Both the position numbers and the translations under genes were made by a program. Shown here piece by piece: positions 12,601 to 22,111 of a stretch of 42,628 nt of DNA. The notes under the pieces are model-generated. The model did not search any database, was not told the origin of the DNA, and was given only the letters and a program-made list of their open reading frames with translations. The first letter of the stretch is position 1. The number at the start of each line of letters is the position of its first letter. Source of the stretch: a virus; IMG/VR virus record IMGVR_UViG_3300045988_054691, positions 1 to 42,628 of that record, one strand, 5' to 3'.

Positions 12601-13303
12601 CTACGATGGCGAACAGCCAACCGTGTCAGCCAGAGCCTTACATACCGGTTTGGAAATCAGTAGAAGATTTTCAGTATGGTTTGAGACAAACTCACAAGGA
12701 TTCGTGGAAAATGAAGATTATACAAGTGTACTTTCGGGTACGGTTGTAAATAACGGTGCTCACAGAGAAATTCAGGACTATTCCTTATCGGTTGATATGG
12801 CGAAGCACATCTGTTTGATGAGTCGAACCGAAAAGGGTAAACAGATCCGTCAGTATTTCATTGATCTTGAGAAAGCATGGAACACACCGGAACAGATTTT
12901 TGCAAGAGCATTGAAGATGGCTGATAGAGAAATCGAAAAGTTGAAATCCAACAATGCATCCTTGATTGAAGATGTTCAGAGGATGAAACCTAAGGAAATC
13001 TTTGCAGATGCAGTTTCAGCAAGCAATACTTCTATCTTGATTGGAGAACTTGCAAAACTGTTGAAGCAGAACGGTATTGAAACCGGACAGCGTAGATTAT
13101 TCACTTGGATGCGTGACAACGGATATTTAATCAAAAGCGGTTCAAGTAAGAATATGCCAACGCAAAAATCTATGGAACTCGGTCTATTAGAAATCAAAGA
13201 AGGCTCTTATATCAATGGTGCAGGTGTAAATGTTACTACTAAAACACCAAAAGTTACCGGAAAGGGACAGCAGTATTTTATCAATAAGTTCCTTGCAGCA
13301 TAA
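12578..13303 (+). CDS. antirepressor (ORF6N/Rha-like N-terminal domain plus KilAC-like C-terminal domain)
   Basis: The N-terminal part reads ..PTVSARALHTGLEI.RRFSVWF......FVENEDY. The C-terminal part reads ..IFADAVSASNTSILIGELAKLLKQNGIETGQRRLFTWMRDNGYLIK, which is typical of the phage antirepressor KilAC domain. Confidence 0.75.
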   Translation: MNVLIPINYDGEQPTVSARALHTGLEISRRFSVWFETNSQGFVENEDYTSVLSGTVVNNGAHREIQDYSLSVDMAKHICLMSRTEKGKQIRQYFIDLEKAWNTPEQIFARALKMADREIEKLKSNNASLIEDVQRMKPKEIFADAVSASNTSILIGELAKLLKQNGIETGQRRLFTWMRDNGYLIKSGSSKNMPTQKSMELGLLEIKEGSYINGAGVNVTTKTPKVTGKGQQYFINKFLAA

Positions 13304-13388
13304 AAATAAACCCCATAAGAACTGGTACTTCTTACAGGGTATAGCAAATAACTCAGCTACATAGTAGCAGAAAGTGAGAAAAAATACA

Positions 13389-13592
13389 ATGAAAAAGATT
13401 TTAGAGGCTTGCATTGAGCAGATCTTACAGTTTGACAGTGAAATGGAATGGATTGCATTTCATCACAATCTGAAGACTGGAAGAAAGGCTTATGAGGTTT
13501 TAAGTGAGGAAAAGCAGATAGACGGTTCAGTCATCGTTCATATTAAAAAACAGTATAACAATAATAAATTTCCGGAGAGGAGTGTTTCTTGA
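13389..13592 (+). CDS. hypothetical protein (67 aa)
   Basis: ATG at 13389 with GAAAGTGAG upstream. The stop overlaps the next start (TGATG). Confidence 0.45.
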   Translation: MKKILEACIEQILQFDSEMEWIAFHHNLKTGRKAYEVLSEEKQIDGSVIVHIKKQYNNNKFPERSVS

Positions 13593-14017
13593 TGACATTC
13601 AGCGAGAAATTGAAACAGGCTATGCAAGAATTACACCTGAATCAGCGTCAGGTGTGCGGTATGACTGGAAAAAGTAAAGGTTCTGTCAGTCAGTACCTTT
13701 CAGGTAAACAGATACCGTCAGATGATGTTCAGAGTGCTATTGCAGTAGCACTTGGACTTGAATCAGATTACTTTTCAAAATCTGATGAACAGGTGGTTGT
13801 ACTTCCAACTGATGAATTAAGAAATGGGGTAATCCCCCGGTTAGATGTGGAAAAGGCTGCAAAGCTGTTACAGATGAATCACAACACAGTTCGCAAGGGT
13901 TTACAGCAAGGGGTTTTCCCTTGGGGTTACGGTATTCATACATCTGACAACAGATGGGTGTACTTCATCAACGCAAAACGTTTTGCAGAGATCGAAAGGG
14001 TGGTTGTTGATGACTAA
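13592..14017 (+). CDS. DNA-binding protein with an N-terminal XRE HTH and a C-terminal excisionase/MerR-like HTH
   Basis: GGAGAGGAG lies upstream. The N-terminal part reads LKQAMQELHLNQRQVCGMTGKSKGSVSQYLSGKQIP. The C-terminal part reads LDVEKAAKLLQMNHNTVRKGLQQGVFPWGY. Confidence 0.65.
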   Translation: MTFSEKLKQAMQELHLNQRQVCGMTGKSKGSVSQYLSGKQIPSDDVQSAIAVALGLESDYFSKSDEQVVVLPTDELRNGVIPRLDVEKAAKLLQMNHNTVRKGLQQGVFPWGYGIHTSDNRWVYFINAKRFAEIERVVVDD

Positions 14018-14384
14018 AGAACAAAAACTTCAAGCGTATGCAATGCGTCTTGATGGGTGTACTTATCAAGAAATTGCAAATAAATTTGGTGTCACTAGAC
14101 AGTGTATTCAACAAAATATTGGTACAGTTGGTGTCACGAGGGATAACAGACGTCAGGTATTGCGGTTGTCAGAAAATTGCATTTATACCGGATTGGCAAA
14201 ATTCATAAAAGAAAATGAGATTAGTTCTACAGTACTCGCTGATGTTATTGGAGTTTGTAGACTAGCTGCTTATCAGAGAATTGTTGGAGAAAGAAATTTT
14301 AACATATCGGATATATACAAAATTCTTAATTATACAGGTATGACGTTTGAAGAATGTTTTGAATTAAAAGAAAGTGAGGTTTAA
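14010..14384 (+). CDS. sigma-70 region-4-like HTH protein
   Basis: MTKEQKLQAYAMRLDGCTYQEIANKFGVTRQCIQQNI has the sigma/LuxR-type HTH pattern. The start overlaps the stop of the previous gene. Confidence 0.55.
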   Translation: MTKEQKLQAYAMRLDGCTYQEIANKFGVTRQCIQQNIGTVGVTRDNRRQVLRLSENCIYTGLAKFIKENEISSTVLADVIGVCRLAAYQRIVGERNFNISDIYKILNYTGMTFEECFELKESEV

Positions 14385-14388
14385 TAAC

Positions 14389-15222
14389 ATGAAAAAATTT
14401 GAATTTACAGGAGAAACCAAGACAATAAGTTTACTTTTTAGAACGGCTACACTTCACAGAATCAGAGCGGTAGCAGAATTTGGTCTTGTCAAAATCGGTG
14501 ATCTTGGCGGCTGGATTGAGAAAGAAGAAAATCTTTCCCATGAAGGAAAGGCTTGGGTTTGCGGTGATGCCAAGGTTTGCGGTGATGCCGAGGTTTGGGG
14601 CAATGCCAAGGTTTGGGGCAATGCCGAGGTTTGGGGCAATGCCAAGGTTTGCGGTGATGCCGAGGTTTGGGGCAATGCCAAGGTTTGGGGCAATGCCAAG
14701 GTTTGGGGCAATGCCAAGGTTTGGGGCAATGCCAAGGTTTGCGGTGATGCCGAGGTTTGGGGCAATGCCAAGGTTTGCGGTGATGCCGAGGTCTTTTCTG
14801 CAAGTCATGTGTTAGTGATCGGTGCTATTGGTAGCCGGGACGATTTCACAACATTCTTTAGAGATAAAGACAATGAGATCACCGTCAAATGCGGTTGTTT
14901 CCTCGGAAAGATTGATGAGTTCTTGAAAAAGGTTGCAAAAACACACAAAGATTCAAAATATGCATTTGTGTACAGAGCCGCCGTTGAAGTCGCAAAATTA
15001 CAAATTGATCTCAGTCTGGAGAAACCTTTAGAAGTGGGTGATAAGGTCAAAATTATTTCACCAGAAGAAAATGATCCGGAAAAGAACTGGAACACGGAAA
15101 TGAGTCAGTATCTCGGTACTATTATGACAATCAAGAAGGTTTGCAGAGGCGGCTACTACATGGAAGAAGATAATGAGAAATGGTACTGGAACAATTACCG
15201 GATTGCAGGAAAGGTCGAATAA
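14389..15222 (+). CDS. hexapeptide-repeat (beta-helix-like) protein of unknown function
   Basis: 13 consecutive 6-aa units ([CW]G[DN]A[KE]V) are flanked by non-repetitive N- and C-terminal domains. RBS AGTGAGG lies upstream of the ATG at 14389. Confidence 0.7.
   Translation: MKKFEFTGETKTISLLFRTATLHRIRAVAEFGLVKIGDLGGWIEKEENLSHEGKAWVCGDAKVCGDAEVWGNAKVWGNAEVWGNAKVCGDAEVWGNAKVWGNAKVWGNAKVWGNAKVCGDAEVWGNAKVCGDAEVFSASHVLVIGAIGSRDDFTTFFRDKDNEITVKCGCFLGKIDEFLKKVAKTHKDSKYAFVYRAAVEVAKLQIDLSLEKPLEVGDKVKIISPEENDPEKNWNTEMSQYLGTIMTIKKVCRGGYYMEEDNEKWYWNNYRIAGKVE
14560..14793 (+). repeat. 18-bp tandem repeat, 13 units
   Basis: Two unit types, TGCGGTGATGCC[A/G]AGGTT and TGGGGCAATGCC[A/G]AGGTT, are near-identical at the DNA level. 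The repeat keeps several frames open, which produces the spurious overlapping ORFs. Confidence 0.95.
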
Positions 15223-16571
15223 TGAGTGATCTTCACTTTATGCCCCATCAGGAAGAGGTGCTGAACTTGACTGATGATAAAAACAGGTGCGCCTACTATC
15301 TGGATATGGGGCTTGGTAAAACATTTGTCGGTGCTGAAAAAATGTATCTCCTGAATAACAATGTGAACCTGATCGTATGCCAGAAGTCAAAGATTGAGGA
15401 CTGGGTTGACCATATTAGAACATTTTATCCGGAATATTGGGTGATGGACCTGACCAATAAAAACGATAGTTCGGTATTCCGGAAGATCATGGAAAGCAAG
15501 GGAATTTATGAATTTACGAGTCAGATTGTCGGTGTGATCAACTATGATTTGATATTCAGGCGTTCATATATTGCCCATATAACAGATTTTACATTGATGC
15601 TTGACGAGAGTTCGCTGATCTGTAACGAGAACGCAAAACGGTCAAAATTCATTCTGAAACTGCATCCGGAAAGCGTGATCCTGTTATCCGGCACACCAAC
15701 AGCCGGGAAGTATGAAAGACTATGGTCACAGCTCCGTCTACTCGGTTGGGATATTACAAAAAAAGCTTTTTATGCTTCCTATGTTCAGACTGAGTGGGTG
15801 GAACAGGGTGATTTTAAACGGGAAGTGATTACAGGATATAAGCACGTTGAACACCTGAAGAAAAGACTGGCACAATTCGGTGCAGTGTTTATGAAAACGG
15901 AAGAAGTGCTTGAACTTCCTGAACAGACCGAACAAAAGATTTTCCTGAATGTTACCAATGAATATAAGTTTTTTATCAAGCATGACTATCTGGAACTGGA
16001 TACCAAAAATTTAGTCAGATTTAAAGATGATTCGGACTATTACGGTGAAGATGTAACGCCAAGGGTTGAGCTGATCGGTGATAACAGCCTGACGAAAACA
16101 CTGTATTGCAGACAGTTGTGCGGACAGTGGCATAAAAGTAAGCAGGACGCTTTCCGGGATTTGCTGGAATCTACGGAAGACCGAGTTATTGTGTTCTACA
16201 ACTTTAATGAAGAATTAAGCAGACTGACCAAAATCTGTGATGCACTGGAAAGACCATATTGTGCAGTAAACGGTCAGTGCCGAGACCTTAGAGCGTATGA
16301 AAAATACGACAATTCAGTAACGTTTGTGCAGTACCAGGCTGGTGCAATGGGGTTGAATTTACAGAGAGCAAACAAAATCATATATTTCACGCTGCCACTC
16401 GGAAAGGGATCTTGTGACTTGTGGGAACAGTCAAAGAAACGTATACACCGTATAGGTCAGAGTAGACCATGTTTCTACTATTACCTACTGGTAAAGGGAA
16501 GTTTTGAAGAAAGGAATCTTGCAGCATTACGGGAAGGGAAGGAATTAACCGATGACTTATTTGAAAAATAA
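15222..16571 (+). CDS. SNF2-family DEAD/H helicase
   Basis: PHQ...LDMGLGKT (motif I), LMLDESS (motif II), LLSGTP (motif III), and C-terminal QAGAMGLNLQRANKIIYF...RIHRIGQ (motifs V and VI). The ATG at 15222 overlaps the previous stop. Confidence 0.85.
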   Translation: MSDLHFMPHQEEVLNLTDDKNRCAYYLDMGLGKTFVGAEKMYLLNNNVNLIVCQKSKIEDWVDHIRTFYPEYWVMDLTNKNDSSVFRKIMESKGIYEFTSQIVGVINYDLIFRRSYIAHITDFTLMLDESSLICNENAKRSKFILKLHPESVILLSGTPTAGKYERLWSQLRLLGWDITKKAFYASYVQTEWVEQGDFKREVITGYKHVEHLKKRLAQFGAVFMKTEEVLELPEQTEQKIFLNVTNEYKFFIKHDYLELDTKNLVRFKDDSDYYGEDVTPRVELIGDNSLTKTLYCRQLCGQWHKSKQDAFRDLLESTEDRVIVFYNFNEELSRLTKICDALERPYCAVNGQCRDLRAYEKYDNSVTFVQYQAGAMGLNLQRANKIIYFTLPLGKGSCDLWEQSKKRIHRIGQSRPCFYYYLLVKGSFEERNLAALREGKELTDDLFEK

Positions 16572-16733
16572 AGTGCTTTTAGGTATGGCAAAGCTGAATA
16601 TTTTATCATTTCTGATTTCAGCGTGCTTTGTAGATGGACAATCATGGATCCCCTTTTATATCTGTTGCGTAAATACAACCTGGCTGACATTATTCGGTTA
16701 TGCAAACAATTGGTTTGAAAGTGGTGATGAATT

Positions 16734-16859
16734 ATGACGTGTGGTGATTGTGTAGAAAAGAACCGGTGTATGGAGCGATCACGGGATTACTGTTGTACAT
16801 CATTTAAAAAGAAGAAGGTGAGTGAATGGCAGCAGAAAAAAACTTTGAAAACAAAGTAA
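16734..16859 (+). CDS. possible 41-aa Cys-rich peptide
   Basis: MTCGDCVEKNRCMERSRDYCCTSFKKKKVSEW... The ATG overlaps the previous stop (ATGA). It overlaps the next gene by 34 nt. Support is weak. Confidence 0.25.
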   Translation: MTCGDCVEKNRCMERSRDYCCTSFKKKKVSEWQQKKTLKTK

Positions 16860-17188
16860 AAAGATACCTGGATGATTATGGTTGCTGGTGGCTAAAATAC
16901 TGGGGTGGTGCAGCTTACACAAAAAGCGGTATTCCTGACATACTGTGTTGTTCTGATGGTATGTTCCTCGGTATAGAGGTAAAAGCTCCAAACGGTAAGC
17001 CGAGCCTATTACAGTTGTATAATCTGCAAGAAATAAGGGCGTCCGGCGGTTATGGGATTTTACTATATCCAAAGGATTTTGAAAAGTTCAGAGAGTTCAA
17101 TGAACACAAAGAACAGGATAATGCTTGGTATCTCGAAAATATAAAATACCAGTCAGACTGGAAAAAGAAGTTAGAAAAGGAGAGTTAA
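16826..17188 (+). CDS. VRR-NUC / PD-(D/E)xK nuclease
   Basis: GIPDILCC..G.FLGIEVKAPNGKPSLLQ matches the D...E.K nuclease core of VRR-NUC proteins. RBS GAAGGTGAG lies upstream. Confidence 0.7.
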   Translation: MAAEKNFENKVKRYLDDYGCWWLKYWGGAAYTKSGIPDILCCSDGMFLGIEVKAPNGKPSLLQLYNLQEIRASGGYGILLYPKDFEKFREFNEHKEQDNAWYLENIKYQSDWKKKLEKES

Positions 17189-17189
17189 A

Positions 17190-17861
17190 ATGGCAAGAAC
17201 AGAACAGATTAAATATTTCCGTAAAGTGATGCTTTCCACGGAAAGAGAGGGAATGGAAGATCTACTGGGTTTCATGCAGGAGCTTGGATTTTATGACGCT
17301 CCGGCGTCTGGTGGGAATCATTGCTGCAAAGACGGCGGCCTTCTGGAGCATACAGTAAATGTTATGCAGTATGCAGAAAAAATCGGTGTGACATTACTCG
17401 GAGGTGAGGCATACAACAAAATTCATGATAGTGTGATCATTGCGGCCGGATTGCATGATCTCGGTAAATGCGGTAGATATGGAAGTCCGTATTATGTGGA
17501 GAACATGATCCAGGACGGAAGACCAACCAAAAAAAATCCGGAACAGAAGTATAAGAGATCTGAAGCAAAACCTTTTAAAGTCAGCCCGGATTTATGCCAC
17601 ATTGACCACCCGCTCAGATCAGTAGAGCTGGCAGCACGTTACATAGATCTTACTGAGGAAGAGGAACATGCTATTTTCTACCATGACGGGGCATATGGCA
17701 GTCTGGCATATGATCTGAAAGGTCATGAAGAACCGCTACAGATTATTGTACACTTTGCAGATTTCTGGGCGGCTCAGTTCCTTGAACCAGGAAAACTCGA
17801 CAGATTCAATGAAACAGGTGTACCGGAAGAATCAGGTACTGTGAAAGAAGGTGATGAATAA
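17190..17861 (+). CDS. HD-domain phosphohydrolase
   Basis: ..GGLLEHT..., ..AAGLHDLGK... and ..IFYHDG.. give the H...HD...D pattern of the HD superfamily. Confidence 0.75.
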   Translation: MARTEQIKYFRKVMLSTEREGMEDLLGFMQELGFYDAPASGGNHCCKDGGLLEHTVNVMQYAEKIGVTLLGGEAYNKIHDSVIIAAGLHDLGKCGRYGSPYYVENMIQDGRPTKKNPEQKYKRSEAKPFKVSPDLCHIDHPLRSVELAARYIDLTEEEEHAIFYHDGAYGSLAYDLKGHEEPLQIIVHFADFWAAQFLEPGKLDRFNETGVPEESGTVKEGDE

Positions 17862-18010
17862 TGCAGTATCAGGTATACAAAGAAGATACCGGAGAAATGG
17901 TTGCATGGATTGATCCAGAGAGCATAGTGCAGATTGTCAAAAATGGGTATGCAATCAAATGTGGTGAAAATTTAAAAGCTAATGAAAGTGAGGATGAAGA
18001 AAATGAGTAG
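17861..18010 (+). CDS. 49-aa hypothetical protein
   Basis: The ATG overlaps the previous stop (TAATG). The sequence is MQYQVYKEDTGEMVAWIDPESIVQIVKNGYAIKCGENLKANESEDEENE. Confidence 0.4.
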   Translation: MQYQVYKEDTGEMVAWIDPESIVQIVKNGYAIKCGENLKANESEDEENE

Positions 18011-18179
18011 TGCAAAGAAACACAAACAGAGAAGTCACAGAAGTTACAGAAACAATGTCACAATCGCTGAACATTTTCATAACAGACAGATCCTGAAGGT
18101 GTCACAGCAGAATGTGATGAAAGAAAAGGGTAATCTTTTCACGAAGTTAATGGGATTATTTAAGAAAGGGGAAAAATAA
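17982..18179 (+). CDS. small basic hypothetical protein
   Basis: Lys/Arg-rich 65-aa ORF with an uncertain start. It fills the gap before the ATPase gene. Confidence 0.35.
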   Translation: MKVRMKKMSSAKKHKQRSHRSYRNNVTIAEHFHNRQILKVSQQNVMKEKGNLFTKLMGLFKKGEK

Positions 18180-18181
18180 TC

Positions 18182-19471
18182 ATGGCACAGAAAGTTTTAA
18201 TTATGGGTGAATCAGGTACAGGTAAAAGTACAAGCCTTAGAAATTGTGACCCGGCAACAACAGCGGTTATAAATCCAGTAGGTAAACCGTTACCGTTCAA
18301 GAACCACTTTGAAATGCTGAACAATGAAACAGATGCAAGAAAAATTGTGAAGTACATGAAAGAACAGTGTACAGCAGGTAAGAAGCTGTTGGTGGTTGAT
18401 GACTTCCAGTACATTCTTGCAGTACCGTACATGAACCGTATCAAAGAAACAGGGTGGGACAAGTACAATGATTTTGGTGCGAACTATTTTGAAATCATAG
18501 ATTGTTGCAAAGACCTGCCTGATGATGTTGTAGTCGTTTATATGACCCATTTGGAAACTTTGGATAATGGTCTTACAACTGTTAAGCTGATCGGTAAGCT
18601 GTTGCGTGAGAAGATCACCATTGAAGGACTGTTTACCGTTGTACTTAGAACAGGGGTAAATGAAGCAAAGTATTACTTTTACACACAGAACAGCGGAAAA
18701 GATACCGTAAAATCACCGCTTGGAATGTTCACTACATATGCTATTGACAATGATCTGAATTATGTTGTTGACAAGATCAGAAATTATTATGAACTTGGTG
18801 ATTACAAGTCAGATGATGAAATGAATGCTGCTGATCAGGCGGTTGCATCTGATCTTGAAAAACCTGACAGCAAAGGCAGAAGAACAAGAGGTAAAAAAGC
18901 TGAATCTGCAACACCAACCGATGCACCGGAAGAAAAGACTGGAAGAACACGTAAGAGTAGGGCAGAAGTTCAGGCAGAAAATGAACAGAAGATTGCTGAT
19001 CACATGGATGAAGTTGACAAGGCTATTGATCAGGCTTTTCCGGGACAGGAAGAAGTACCGTTTGATGAAGCAATGGATGTTGCCGATAAAGTACCGAAAC
19101 CGGATTTACAGAAACCACCAAGAAGAACACGTAAGGAAAGAAATGCTGAAAAGTCTGAACCTGTTCAGGACGGTACAACGAACACTGATTCTGAATCTGT
19201 CACACTGGAAGCAGATGCATATTTCTATGTTCCGGCTGATGATAACTATGTAATGAAGCATAAGGGTGATACGGTTGACCTGATTGTTGATGGTGTTGAG
19301 GTTATGAAGGTAATCACAAGAGAAGAATTTAATGCAGGAATCAAAAGACTTGCACAGGAAAACAACCCTGTACCTGTTGACGCACAGACCCCGGCTGAAC
19401 CTTTAGACGGTGCTATGAACCCACCTGAACAGCACGTCAGAGGTCAAAGACGAAGAAGAACAAGATCATAA
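18182..19471 (+). CDS. Sak4-like / AAA P-loop ATPase with a long low-complexity C-terminal extension
   Basis: Walker A GESGTGKST and Walker B LLVVDDF lie in the first ~200 aa. The remaining ~220 aa are charged and Pro-rich, ending in RGQRRRRTRS. Confidence 0.7.
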   Translation: MAQKVLIMGESGTGKSTSLRNCDPATTAVINPVGKPLPFKNHFEMLNNETDARKIVKYMKEQCTAGKKLLVVDDFQYILAVPYMNRIKETGWDKYNDFGANYFEIIDCCKDLPDDVVVVYMTHLETLDNGLTTVKLIGKLLREKITIEGLFTVVLRTGVNEAKYYFYTQNSGKDTVKSPLGMFTTYAIDNDLNYVVDKIRNYYELGDYKSDDEMNAADQAVASDLEKPDSKGRRTRGKKAESATPTDAPEEKTGRTRKSRAEVQAENEQKIADHMDEVDKAIDQAFPGQEEVPFDEAMDVADKVPKPDLQKPPRRTRKERNAEKSEPVQDGTTNTDSESVTLEADAYFYVPADDNYVMKHKGDTVDLIVDGVEVMKVITREEFNAGIKRLAQENNPVPVDAQTPAEPLDGAMNPPEQHVRGQRRRRTRS

Positions 19472-19611
19472 TGGAATTAACACAGTTTCTTTCAACCATG
19501 GCAGCAATAACTTCTGTTTGCGTAGTGGGTGCAGACAGTAAGAATAAGGCAAAATACACAGTAATGTTTGTTATCTGCATTATTGCAGTTACAATAATAA
19601 ATTTATTTTAA
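19471..19611 (+). CDS. 46-aa membrane peptide
   Basis: The ATG overlaps the previous stop (TAATG). It has hydrophobic segments AAITSVCVV and VMFVICIIAVTIINLF. Confidence 0.4.
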   Translation: MELTQFLSTMAAITSVCVVGADSKNKAKYTVMFVICIIAVTIINLF

Positions 19612-19634
19612 GAAAGGTTAAATGGTGAAAAATT

Positions 19635-20099
19635 ATGGCAGTAGATTTTAGTGCATTCGATGAACAGGTTGATCTTAACGCATTACAGAAAGAGGTTCAG
19701 GAAGCAGACGATTCACAGTTTGAAGATGTACCGGATGGGGATTATGATGTAAGTTTTGATAAAATGGAGATCAAGCCAACAAAGAAAGGAGACAAGCTGA
19801 TGTTTTCCGTACAGTGTAGCATCTTGGAAGGTAATCAGAAAGGTAGAAAAATTTTCTTCAACCGTACTATTTCCGGAAACACTTCACAGAAGTGGACTAA
19901 TGGCATGGCAATCAAATCTGTTTGCACATGGCTTGATAAACTGGAAACAGATACAGTACCGGAATTTGTCAACTACGGTGATTTTGCTGATTGTGTTCTT
20001 GATATTTTTCAGGAAGTACAGGGTAAAGTTGGTGCAGCAGTTACTTATAAAGCTGATGATTTCAACCCAATCACAATCAACGAAGCGTTTGATATGTAA
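19635..20099 (+). CDS. DUF669-like protein (putative ssDNA-binding partner of the Sak4-like ATPase)
   Basis: The acidic N-terminus and ..VPDGDYDVSFDKMEIKPTKKGDKLMFSVQCSILEG...GRKIF are typical of DUF669 proteins, which are encoded next to Sak4-type ATPases. Confidence 0.6.
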   Translation: MAVDFSAFDEQVDLNALQKEVQEADDSQFEDVPDGDYDVSFDKMEIKPTKKGDKLMFSVQCSILEGNQKGRKIFFNRTISGNTSQKWTNGMAIKSVCTWLDKLETDTVPEFVNYGDFADCVLDIFQEVQGKVGAAVTYKADDFNPITINEAFDM

Positions 20100-20132
20100 A
20101 AATTTTTAGTTTAAAAGTAGATAACACTTAAG

Positions 20133-20162
20133 GCGGTGTGTAAAACGCACACCGCTTTTTCA
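20133..20162 (+). terminator. rho-independent terminator
   Basis: GCGGTGTG...CACACCGC followed by TTTTT. Confidence 0.65.
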
Positions 20163-20185
20163 AAAAAAAGTGGGTGATTTAGTAA

Positions 20186-22093
20186 ATGATATTCTACGAT
20201 TTTGAGGTTTTTGAAAAGGATTGGCTTGCTGTATTCATTGATGTGACGAAGCAGAAAGAACACGTGATAATCAATAGCCCTGATAAACTAAAAGCCTTAT
20301 ATGAAGCAAATAGAAAAGATATATGGGTAGGATTTAATAACCGTCACTATGATCAGTACATCATGAAAGGTATTCTGCTTGGTATGAATCCTAAAAAAAT
20401 CAACGATTGGATTATCGTTGATAATAAAGAAGGTTGGCAATATTCAAGAGCATTCAATAAATTACCCATGATCAACTATGATGTAATGCCAAGTAATGAT
20501 GAAACCATGAAAACGGTCGGACTGAAAACAATGGAAGGTTTTCTTGGTTCAAATATTAAGGAAACAGATGTTGATTTCCGTATCAAAAGGAAACTGACAC
20601 AGGAAGAAATAGAACAGACGGTTAAATACTGTAGGCATGACGTAGAACAGACTATCAAGGTATTTCTTGAAAAAGTCAGTGAGTTCAATGCAGTTCATGG
20701 AATTATACAGGCATTCCCAAAGGAAACGTCACTGTATGACATTGGTGACAGTGAAGCCCGGATAACAGCAAAGGTTCTTGGGTGTTCAAAAACTCATTTT
20801 GGTGATGAATTTGATTTCTTTTTTCTTCCATGCCTGAAACTGAAAAAATACAAATACGTTCAGGAATGGTTTGCAGAGAAAAGAAAAGAAGCCCTTGAAA
20901 TGGGGTTACAGGATTTTGACAAGAAAGATAAAAAGACTTGGTATAAGTCACAGAACTTTGAAACGATTGTTGCAGGAATACCGCACACATTTGGTTTTGG
21001 CGGTCTGCATGGTGCATCTGATAAGCCGATACATCGGAAAGGTCAGATTCTTCATGTAGACGTAAATAATTACTATCCGTCAATGCTGATTGCATGGGGA
21101 CTTGTAACAAGGGCAGCAACCAATAATAACTTCAAACTGGTGTATGACACAAGAAAAGCTATGAAAAAGAAACAGGTTGCAGCAGCTAAAGCCGGAAGAA
21201 AGGCAGAAGCAAAGCAATGGAAAAAAGCACAGTTGCCATATAAGAAGATGCTGAATGCACTTTCAGGGGCAATGAAAGATGAAACCAATGCTGCATACGA
21301 TCCACGTAATAACAACTGTATGTGTATCAATGGTCAGTTGATGTTGCTTGATCTGATTGAGCATTTGGAAGTAGTGCCGGGACTTGAACTAATTCAGTCA
21401 AATACCGATGGTCTGATCATTTGGATTCCTGACACTGATGAAGCCTTTGAAATGGTTGATGATATTTGTTGGGAGTGGGAACAGCGTTGTTCTACTGAAC
21501 AATGTTCAATCTTGCTTGAACTTGACAATATATCAGAAATCTATCAGAAGGACGTAAACAATTATCTTTGGATTGGTACTGATGGTGGTGTTGAAAGAAT
21601 TGGTGCTTACGTCAAAGAACTTTCTGCTATTGATAATGACTTACCAATACTGAATAAAGCGTTGGTTGACTACATGGTGAAAAAGATACCTGTTGAACAG
21701 ACAATCAATCAGTGTGATGACTTGATTATGTTCCAAAAAATAGTGAAGCTGTCAAACAATTATAACTGGGTTGAGCATGAACAGGGAACTGGTCAGATCA
21801 TTAAGACAACAAAACACCGGGACGGTACACGAACAGAAGTGTGGTCATATCCTACCACACAAAAATATACTTATAAATCTTATCGTGTGTTTGCTTCCAA
21901 TCGTGTTACAGACGGTAGGTTGTTAAGACGTAAGGTTGTAAAACCAAAGGGTGAAAAATTTGGAAACACACCTGATCACAGTTTCATTTATAACGATTCT
22001 GTAATTGGGGTTAAAGTACCACCGGAATTAGATAAGCAGTGGTACATAGATTTAGCAAGAAAAAGACTGAAACAATTTGGTATTGCAGCATAA
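20186..22093 (+). CDS. DNA polymerase with a 3'-5' exonuclease domain (family-B-like motifs)
   Basis: ExoI FYDFEVF, ExoII GFNNRHYD and ExoIII YCRHDVEQ. Polymerase motifs are DVNNYYPSM (A-like), KKMLNALSGAM (B-like) and SNTDGLI (C-like). Confidence 0.75.
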   Translation: MIFYDFEVFEKDWLAVFIDVTKQKEHVIINSPDKLKALYEANRKDIWVGFNNRHYDQYIMKGILLGMNPKKINDWIIVDNKEGWQYSRAFNKLPMINYDVMPSNDETMKTVGLKTMEGFLGSNIKETDVDFRIKRKLTQEEIEQTVKYCRHDVEQTIKVFLEKVSEFNAVHGIIQAFPKETSLYDIGDSEARITAKVLGCSKTHFGDEFDFFFLPCLKLKKYKYVQEWFAEKRKEALEMGLQDFDKKDKKTWYKSQNFETIVAGIPHTFGFGGLHGASDKPIHRKGQILHVDVNNYYPSMLIAWGLVTRAATNNNFKLVYDTRKAMKKKQVAAAKAGRKAEAKQWKKAQLPYKKMLNALSGAMKDETNAAYDPRNNNCMCINGQLMLLDLIEHLEVVPGLELIQSNTDGLIIWIPDTDEAFEMVDDICWEWEQRCSTEQCSILLELDNISEIYQKDVNNYLWIGTDGGVERIGAYVKELSAIDNDLPILNKALVDYMVKKIPVEQTINQCDDLIMFQKIVKLSNNYNWVEHEQGTGQIIKTTKHRDGTRTEVWSYPTTQKYTYKSYRVFASNRVTDGRLLRRKVVKPKGEKFGNTPDHSFIYNDSVIGVKVPPELDKQWYIDLARKRLKQFGIAA

Positions 22094-22111
22094 TACCGGA
22101 AAGGTGGGAAC

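Noticed and set aside
14431-14815. Four overlapping ORFs (14431..14808 -, 14454..14771 -, 14480..14815 +, 14489..14803 -) with repetitive translations
   Set aside because: They are artefacts of the 18-bp tandem repeat keeping several frames open. Only the frame continuous with non-repetitive flanking domains and an RBS (14389..15222) is credible.
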